A stretch of DNA of 64,000 nucleotides, from positions 32,001-96,000 of the forward strand of contig CBEUCH010000004.1 in the NCBI GenBank assembly GCA_965541585.1, read 5' to 3'. The stretch's first letter is position 1, and every line of letters starts with the position of its first letter. Both the position numbers and the translations under genes were made by a program. This document shows positions 58,045 through 64,000 of the stretch, one piece after another. The notes beneath the pieces were generated by a model, which searched no databases, had not been told where the DNA came from, and saw only the letters and a list, made by a program, of their open reading frames with translations. The DNA is from an uncultured bacterium. Its GTDB lineage: Bacteria > Zixibacteria > MSB-5A5 > UBA10806.

Positions 58045-60387
58045 TTACCTTCTCTCGCCTTCAAGCTCCGCTATACGAGTTTCAAGTGCGGCGTTTTGCC
58101 GTTTTAATTCCTCAATATCGTTGATTAACTCTTTTACTCCTGCCAGGGCTACCCCTGCTACATCGGTCATGGATATACTTTCTATTACGGGTGTGCCATC
58201 CTCTGCGATAGCACCGGTATCAAATGCTTCATTGAATTCTTCCGCATAGGGACCGACATGTCTTTCGGTTGAGCCCTTATACTGCCATGTTTCTATGTCC
58301 AGGTTCGAGATTTTCCTAAATAAATCGTCGCGATTGAACGGTTGGAAATTCTCCTTGTATTTGCGGCTTGAAATGCTAAACCAAACACCGGTGAACGTTA
58401 AATAAGCTCCGTTGCCATTGGCCGGGTGTGTCCCGATATGGAGAGGCCAATTTACGCCGCCGTTGTTGTCATCTCTATTTACACCCAGGCGGCCAAAATT
58501 CCCGCCATCATAAAAAATAGTTTTTCTCGGAGAATTAACATTAACATTGCTACCGAAGGCCATTGACTCATAAGCTCCGTTGGCAATAACATTCGAGCTG
58601 CCGCCCAGGATAACTGAGTGTGAACCGCCATTTGTGTTTAGATCACCCCCCAGGACTATGGCACGGTCAGCCGACACGGTGTTACCTGCTCCTCCGCAAA
58701 TTACGCCGGCATTTGCCATAGCCTTATTAAGAGCTCCGCCACTTACGGTACTCCATTCATTTCTGGCTAAATTCTGATATCCTCCTGCGACGGTTGTTCC
58801 ATATTCATTTGCTGCGTTTCCATAACCGCCGCCGACCGTGCAAGCATAATATTCGGCACCGGCAAAGCCAGTAGTGCAGGCTACGCCGAGATTTATCATT
58901 GTATGGATACTATCACCGATTAAAATATTATCAGCCCCGCCCCGTGCAATGCCCCAATAATTACTGGTATATAGCACGCTGTCAGTGACTGTCCAGTTGG
59001 CTGCAGGAGGATATTGCCAATTCAATTGGCCGTTTCCATCAGTCGTCATTGCCTGTCCGATTGCTCCATCTGATGTCGGAAACTCATACCCATCGGTCTC
59101 ATCGCCAAAGCGAATATGCGGCATGTCAACCATAAATGTGGAACCCTGAGTAAGTATGCTATTGATGCCAAATAGGTAAGAATTATCTCCTGTTTCGGTA
59201 ATAGCGTTTGAAGATCCTCCAAGGATCGCAGAATAATCGCCGCCGGCGATATTGCTATTCCCCCCCGCGACCGTGGCGTGATTACCGCTGGCTATGTTGT
59301 CAAGTCCCCCGCCAACGGTGCCATGATCACCACCCACATAATTTCCTTCGCCTCCGCCGATAGTAGGAGCAATACTAACTGAAACCGTATCGCCCGACGT
59401 GTTCTCAATCCCTCCGCCAACTGTGCCGTAAGTGCCTATTGATCTGTTCTGCCTACCGCCGCTAATCGCAGCATATTCTCCGGACGGGATATTTGCGTAT
59501 CCTCCGCCGACAAAACTGTTTTCTCCGATTGCCAGGTTGATGTTTCCCCCCGCGACTGTCGAATGCCATGATGTAGCGTTGTTCCACTTACCTCCGCCAA
59601 TGGTGCTGAAGTCACCGCTAGCGATGTTGCCGGTTCCGCCACCCACAACGGCATTCTCGCCGTCTGCAGTATTAGTGTTTCCGCCACCGATAGCGCTTCT
59701 ATATCCGCCGGCTGAGTTGTCATCCCCGCCGCAAACCGCGCTGACATCACCGCCGGCATTGTTCGAATATCCGCCACTAATCGTGCTACTTGTTCCGCCG
59801 GCAATGTTCCCGGATCCTCCCCCGACGGTACTAGCTGTCCCGTTAGCTGTATTATTGCTGCCAGCCACGAAAGCGTTGCCTCCGGAATTGGTGTTGCCGG
59901 GGCCGATGGTCGCTTTGCCGGTCACCCGGATATCACCATCAACGTCCAGGTCGCTTTGAATGGCTACATCACCTGAAATCGTTCCGCCGCTTGCCCCGTC
60001 TACCGTACTTATGCGGTTGGCGTAAGCGACCGAGACGATTCTGGTGCGCGGCACAAGTTCGTCATCGCCTTCGACCTGAACGCCGAGCCACCGGACCGGG
60101 TCGTTGAAGACGTCATCAGTGATGGGAGTGCTTTCTCCCAATGAAACATCGAACCGGCCGCTCTCATCGAACTCCACTAGTTGCGTTTCCTGCCAGCTAG
60201 TAGTCCCGTCAGATGGGGAGTCGTAGATAGTGAAAGTAACATTGACCGGTTCTGTGACCGGATCACCCTCGGAATCCAAAAGGACTCCCTGGTAGCCGAT
60301 CAGCGTCGGCACGTCAGCCACGACGGCAGACACTGTCATAAAAACTACTGCCGCCATGATGAGAATCATTAAGAGTCTGTCTCTCAT
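58045..60387 (-). CDS. Secreted tail-fibre-like adhesin with C-terminal peptidase S74 (intramolecular chaperone) domain (copy A)
   Basis: Same N-domain as copy B with more Gly/Asn repeats. C-terminal SSRKYKENF..WQYK..HVGPYAEEF followed by a coiled coil. Confidence 0.8.
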   Translation of the reverse strand: MRDRLLMILIMAAVVFMTVSAVVADVPTLIGYQGVLLDSEGDPVTEPVNVTFTIYDSPSDGTTSWQETQLVEFDESGRFDVSLGESTPITDDVFNDPVRWLGVQVEGDDELVPRTRIVSVAYANRISTVDGASGGTISGDVAIQSDLDVDGDIRVTGKATIGPGNTNSGGNAFVAGSNNTANGTASTVGGGSGNIAGGTSSTISGGYSNNAGGDVSAVCGGDDNSAGGYRSAIGGGNTNTADGENAVVGGGTGNIASGDFSTIGGGKWNNATSWHSTVAGGNINLAIGENSFVGGGYANIPSGEYAAISGGRQNRSIGTYGTVGGGIENTSGDTVSVSIAPTIGGGEGNYVGGDHGTVGGGLDNIASGNHATVAGGNSNIAGGDYSAILGGSSNAITETGDNSYLFGINSILTQGSTFMVDMPHIRFGDETDGYEFPTSDGAIGQAMTTDGNGQLNWQYPPAANWTVTDSVLYTSNYWGIARGGADNILIGDSIHTMINLGVACTTGFAGAEYYACTVGGGYGNAANEYGTTVAGGYQNLARNEWSTVSGGALNKAMANAGVICGGAGNTVSADRAIVLGGDLNTNGGSHSVILGGSSNVIANGAYESMAFGSNVNVNSPRKTIFYDGGNFGRLGVNRDDNNGGVNWPLHIGTHPANGNGAYLTFTGVWFSISSRKYKENFQPFNRDDLFRKISNLDIETWQYKGSTERHVGPYAEEFNEAFDTGAIAEDGTPVIESISMTDVAGVALAGVKELINDIEELKRQNAALETRIAELEGERR

Positions 60388-60576
60388 GTTTCTCCTCCTT
60401 CAATATATGGTTATGAGGTTTATAAACCGCACCAGGACATTCCTTGTAAACCTGTCTTCTTCAAAGCACGATTGGGGAACAACGTTTCGGCATGTAGAGC
60501 CGACGCTGCGTTTATTTAGCGAAGTACTATGATGGGTGTCGCATCATTCGTTGTCAGTCAATTTCAATGTCAATGA

Positions 60577-60605
60577 AAAATAGGCATTATTATCGACTCT
60601 GTCAA
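60577..60605 (-). promoter_or_regulatory. Sigma70-like promoter, cassette A
   Basis: TTGACA-N17-TATTTT. Confidence 0.55.
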
Positions 60606-60894
60606 GAGAAAACGGCGGCTCTTTTCAAACGCATCTCTATTGCTGGGGGAGGGTGAGTCCACCGACTCATTTGCTTATGCATATCAAATCCACGCCATAG
60701 ATCCATGTTTCTTTCATTGGACAATAACTCTATTTTCCTATAGACTTATCTTACTGATTTTGTTAAATTGCAGCCGGGAACGTAGTCTGGTTTTAGGCAA
60801 CGAAGGTTACGAGATAGGTTAAAAGCCTTTTGATAGATAAAAAATCTCATAGACAAGATGGCCTGGTTGCCGGTTGGTAAAATTATTAGACGTT

Positions 60895-60912
60895 TTGAGA
60901 AAGAATTCACAA
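60895..60912. promoter_or_regulatory. Rex-like operator
   Basis: TTGAGAA-agaa-TTCACAA has one mismatch to the Rex consensus TTGTGAA-N4-TTCACAA and lies upstream of the kor-hdrA operon. Confidence 0.6.
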
Positions 60913-60973
60913 ACATAGTGATGGTGATCTTTATTAAAATGATTTCCAGGCAATGTTAAATGCGGAGAGTTCT

Positions 60974-61255
60974 ATGAAATACTGGAGGACTCCGTTGGAT
61001 ATCGACAAGCTCAAGATCCCCAGGGGCGAACTTCATATTATCAAAGAGCGATGCAAGGGCTGTGCCTTCTGCGTGGAATATTGCCCCAAGGACGTTCTGG
61101 TGCTTTCGGAGGAGTTTAATGCCAAGGGGTACCATCCACCGGTAGCTGTCAAACCGGAGAACTGCGTCAATTGTGATCTTTGCGAGATGCTCTGTCCGGA
61201 TTTCGCCATTTATTGCCTGCGAATTGAAGACGAAAAGAAGGGGGTGCCTGAATGA
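60974..61255 (+). CDS. korD: 2-oxoacid:ferredoxin oxidoreductase delta (2x[4Fe-4S]) subunit
   Basis: CKGCAFCVEYCP, FNAKGYHPP and CVNCDLCEMLCPDFAI. GGAGAG lies before ATG 60974. Confidence 0.88.
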   Translation: MKYWRTPLDIDKLKIPRGELHIIKERCKGCAFCVEYCPKDVLVLSEEFNAKGYHPPVAVKPENCVNCDLCEMLCPDFAIYCLRIEDEKKGVPE

Positions 61256-62409
61256 AAGCTAACCCTGAAGATGTTCTCACCGGTTCTCATTATCTCGACG
61301 GCAACCATGCCTGCGCCGAGGGAGGCATAGCTGCGGGATGTAAGTTTTTCGCCGGTTACCCCATCACGCCATCCACCGAGATTGCCGAGAGGGTTTCCAG
61401 ACGGTTTCCCCTGATCGGCGGTGTCTTCGTCCAGATGGAGGATGAGCTGGCCAGCATGGCGGCCATACTGGGGGCATCATCGGGCGGTGTAAAATCGATG
61501 AGTTGTACATCCGGACCCGGATTTTCATTGATGATGGAAAATTTCGGTCTGGGGATAATGACGGAGGTCCCCTGTGTGCTGGTCAACGTCCAGCGCGGCG
61601 GCCCCTCTACCGGTCTGCCCACCCTTCCCGGTCAGGCCGATATGATGCAGGCTCGCTGGGGATCACACGGAGACTACGAGGTGATAGCCCTGGCGCCGGA
61701 TTCGCCCCAGGAATCGTTCGAGTTGACTATTCACGCTTTTAACCTCTCCGAGAAATACCGGATGCCGGTTTTGATCATGTCCGATGAGTGTGTCGGACAT
61801 ATGACCGAGAAGGTAATCATACCCCCCGCGGAAGAGATCGATCTGATAGAACGTCGATACACCGATAAGAAACCCGGAGAAGCCTGGCCTTATCACGAAA
61901 ATGGGGATCAAATAGCGCCGATGCTGCCGGTCGGGGAAGGATACAAGTTTCATATTACGGGGCTTACCCACGATCACAGAGGTTATCCTGTTATCAATGC
62001 AGAGGCTCATGAAAAGAACGTTCGCCACCTGATTGATAAGGTTAATAAGCATACCGAGGATATAATCTGGCTAGAGGAGGAAGATGTCGAGGGGGCGGAG
62101 ATAGTGGTCATGGCCTACGGAATATCATCGCGAGTGGTTCGCCCGGCAATTGCAAGGGCCAGAAAAGAAGGCATCAAAGTCGGCCTGGTAAAAATGGTCA
62201 CCGTCTGGCCTTTCCCCGAAAAGCGAGTGAGGGAGCTTGCAAATCAAGTGAAATCTCTGATAATGGTAGAGATGAACTATGGCCAGGTTTACCTGGATAT
62301 GGAACGTTGCGCCGCCGAAAAATGCCGCTGTTACCTTATGGGGCATGCCGGCGGAACTGTGCATAACCCCGATGACATTTACAAAACCATAAAGGAAGCT
62401 GCCAAATGA
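61252..62409 (+). CDS. korA: 2-oxoacid:ferredoxin oxidoreductase alpha subunit
   Basis: FAGYPITPSTE, QMEDE, TSGPGFSLM and QRGGPSTGLPT motifs. Confidence 0.93.
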   Translation: MKANPEDVLTGSHYLDGNHACAEGGIAAGCKFFAGYPITPSTEIAERVSRRFPLIGGVFVQMEDELASMAAILGASSGGVKSMSCTSGPGFSLMMENFGLGIMTEVPCVLVNVQRGGPSTGLPTLPGQADMMQARWGSHGDYEVIALAPDSPQESFELTIHAFNLSEKYRMPVLIMSDECVGHMTEKVIIPPAEEIDLIERRYTDKKPGEAWPYHENGDQIAPMLPVGEGYKFHITGLTHDHRGYPVINAEAHEKNVRHLIDKVNKHTEDIIWLEEEDVEGAEIVVMAYGISSRVVRPAIARARKEGIKVGLVKMVTVWPFPEKRVRELANQVKSLIMVEMNYGQVYLDMERCAAEKCRCYLMGHAGGTVHNPDDIYKTIKEAAK

Positions 62410-63299
62410 GCACAAAAGTAAATAACGTTGAGACTCAGGCCGAAAAAGAGCATCCGATGGAGAAACTATTGCGGATGGACCGTATTCCGCACATCTGGTG
62501 TCCCACGTGCGGAATCGGGACAACGGTGACGGCTCTGGCGGTTGCCCTGGAACAGCTTCAGCTGGACTTAAACAACGTGGCCATTGTTTCCGGGATAGGT
62601 TGCACCGGCCGGGTGGCTGGATATATGAAACTGGATTCATTCCATACAACTCATGGCCGTCCAATTCCATTTGCCATGGGCCTGCATATCGCCCGACCGG
62701 ATATGAAGATAATCGTCTTTTCGGGCGATGGCGATTTGATTTCCATAGGCGGCAACCATTTCATACACACGGCCAGGCGAAACGCCAATATTACGGTAAT
62801 TTGCGTGAACAATTTCATCTATGCAATGACCGGGGGACAGGTTGCCCCGACAACTCCGATTACCGCGCGCACCGCCACGTCGCCCCACGGCTGTCACGAA
62901 CATCCCTTCAATCTGCCTTTACTCGCAGCCTCATCAGGGGCCACTTACGTAGCTCGCTGGACGGCACTGCATATCCGCAGGTTGACCACGGCCCTGAAGG
63001 AGGCTATCAGTAAAAGAGGCTTCTCATTTGTAGAGGTTATCGCTCCCTGCTCGACCCTCTATGCTCGTCTCAACCGACTTGGCGACGGTCTGGATTTGAT
63101 GAAGTTCTACCATGATAACAGTGTTATCAGGCACGGGGCTGACCTCAACGATATAGACATCGATTATCAGTCGAAAATCACCGTAGGAAAGTTCGTCGAT
63201 ATTGAGAAGCCAACCTATATAGATTGCTTAAACGACGGAAACAAGAGGGCATTCGGCGACAAATTCAAACCCTACGGAGGCGGCGATGGCAACGTCTGA
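62406..63299 (+). CDS. korB: 2-oxoacid:ferredoxin oxidoreductase beta subunit
   Basis: WCPTCG, SGIGC, HGR and the GDGD..IGGNH..NN TPP-binding motif. Confidence 0.93.
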   Translation: MSTKVNNVETQAEKEHPMEKLLRMDRIPHIWCPTCGIGTTVTALAVALEQLQLDLNNVAIVSGIGCTGRVAGYMKLDSFHTTHGRPIPFAMGLHIARPDMKIIVFSGDGDLISIGGNHFIHTARRNANITVICVNNFIYAMTGGQVAPTTPITARTATSPHGCHEHPFNLPLLAASSGATYVARWTALHIRRLTTALKEAISKRGFSFVEVIAPCSTLYARLNRLGDGLDLMKFYHDNSVIRHGADLNDIDIDYQSKITVGKFVDIEKPTYIDCLNDGNKRAFGDKFKPYGGGDGNV

Positions 63300-63858
63300 A
63301 ATTAGAATCACCGGCTTCGGAGGACAGGGGATAATTCTCTGCGGCTATATCATAGGTAAGGCCGCGTCCATCTTTAATGACCAGCATGCCACGCTAACCC
63401 AGAGTTTCGGACCTGAGGCTCGGGGTTCGGCCTGCAGCGCCCAGGTTGTAGTCTCCGATAGCCGTGTGTTATACCCGTATGTTACAACCCCCAATATTCT
63501 CATGGCCTTATCCCATGACGGTTACATGACTCATAAAGATGACCTTACCGATGATTGTATCATTGTTTATGAAAGAGAATTGGTTAAGCTGAAGAAACAC
63601 GGGCCGAAGGCTAAGGCTCATGGTGTACCCGCCACCCGTTTCGCCGAGGAACTGGGACGGAAAATCGTATCGAATATAGTGATGTTAGGATTCTTTGCGG
63701 CAGTAACAGCCCTGATGCCCCCGGAGGCATTGCGAAAAGCCGTTGAAAGCTCCGTGCCGGCTGGAACCGAAGAGTTGAACCTTAAAGCTTTCGATAAGGG
63801 ATATGATTACGGCCGGGAATTGGTCGATAAGGTCGAAGCGAAAGCCAGCGCGGGTTAA
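63286..63858 (+). CDS. korC: 2-oxoacid:ferredoxin oxidoreductase gamma subunit
   Basis: GFGGQG, SFGPEARG and NIVMLG motifs. Confidence 0.92.
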   Translation: MATSEIRITGFGGQGIILCGYIIGKAASIFNDQHATLTQSFGPEARGSACSAQVVVSDSRVLYPYVTTPNILMALSHDGYMTHKDDLTDDCIIVYERELVKLKKHGPKAKAHGVPATRFAEELGRKIVSNIVMLGFFAAVTALMPPEALRKAVESSVPAGTEELNLKAFDKGYDYGRELVDKVEAKASAG

Positions 63859-63895
63859 ACAAGAAAAGTAAAGGCTTGCATCGAAAGGACGAGGT

Positions 63896-64000
63896 ATGTC
63901 CTCGCAGGGGATAAGAGAAAAAGGTGTCCTGGTAGTTGGCGGCGGTATCGCGGGGATTCAGGCGGCGCTCGATCTGGCCGCCTCCCGGGTGAAGGTGTAT
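63896..64000 (+). CDS. hdrA: Heterodisulfide reductase subunit A-like, 5' part (runs off the window edge)
   Basis: Not in the ORF track. GAGG RBS, then MSSQGIREKGVLVVGGGIAGIQAALDLAASRVKVY, the HdrA FAD-binding start. Confidence 0.75.
   Translation, partial: MSSQGIREKGVLVVGGGIAGIQAALDLAASRVKVY

Noticed and set aside
58560..59900. CRISPR or other DNA tandem repeats in the Gly-rich region
   Set aside because: The periodicity is a degenerate 14-aa protein repeat, with no identical DNA repeats separated by spacers.
55401..60387. Prophage or tailocin
   Set aside because: The fibres have Sec signal peptides and their own promoters, and no capsid, sheath, baseplate or terminase genes are present.

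Overview
Bacterial DNA from an anaerobe or facultative anaerobe. Zixibacteria-like lineage is a tentative guess from the dockerin-like secreted proteins and gene content. Two paralogous minus-strand operons each encode an NAD(P)-dependent Fe-S flavoprotein, a Rieske protein, a fused cytochrome b and a multiheme cytochrome c. Operon 1 (about 1-8.8 kb) is flanked by Cyc2-type cytochrome-porin genes, includes a cupredoxin-like protein, and has a sigma54 promoter with two enhancer palindromes beside an NtrC-type two-component system. Operon 2 (26-39 kb) starts with an Rrf2 regulator and continues into a Tat-exported nitrate reductase with NapGH but no NapB/C/D. Together they suggest a candidate system linking extracellular electron transfer, NAD(H) and nitrate reduction. 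An AT-rich island (16.9-19.4 kb) carries an aminotransferase and an amidase downstream of a decayed archaeal-type ribosomal protein S6e gene fused to an integrase remnant, which points to archaea-to-bacteria transfer. The window also holds a 7-PAS hybrid kinase, a glycosylation cluster, hdrCB, an atypical GlnE-like double nucleotidyltransferase, two tandem fibre + dockerin-like cassettes, and a 2-oxoacid:ferredoxin oxidoreductase operon running into hdrA. I saw no rRNA, tRNA or CRISPR array. All calls come from reading motifs by eye, and no database search was run.
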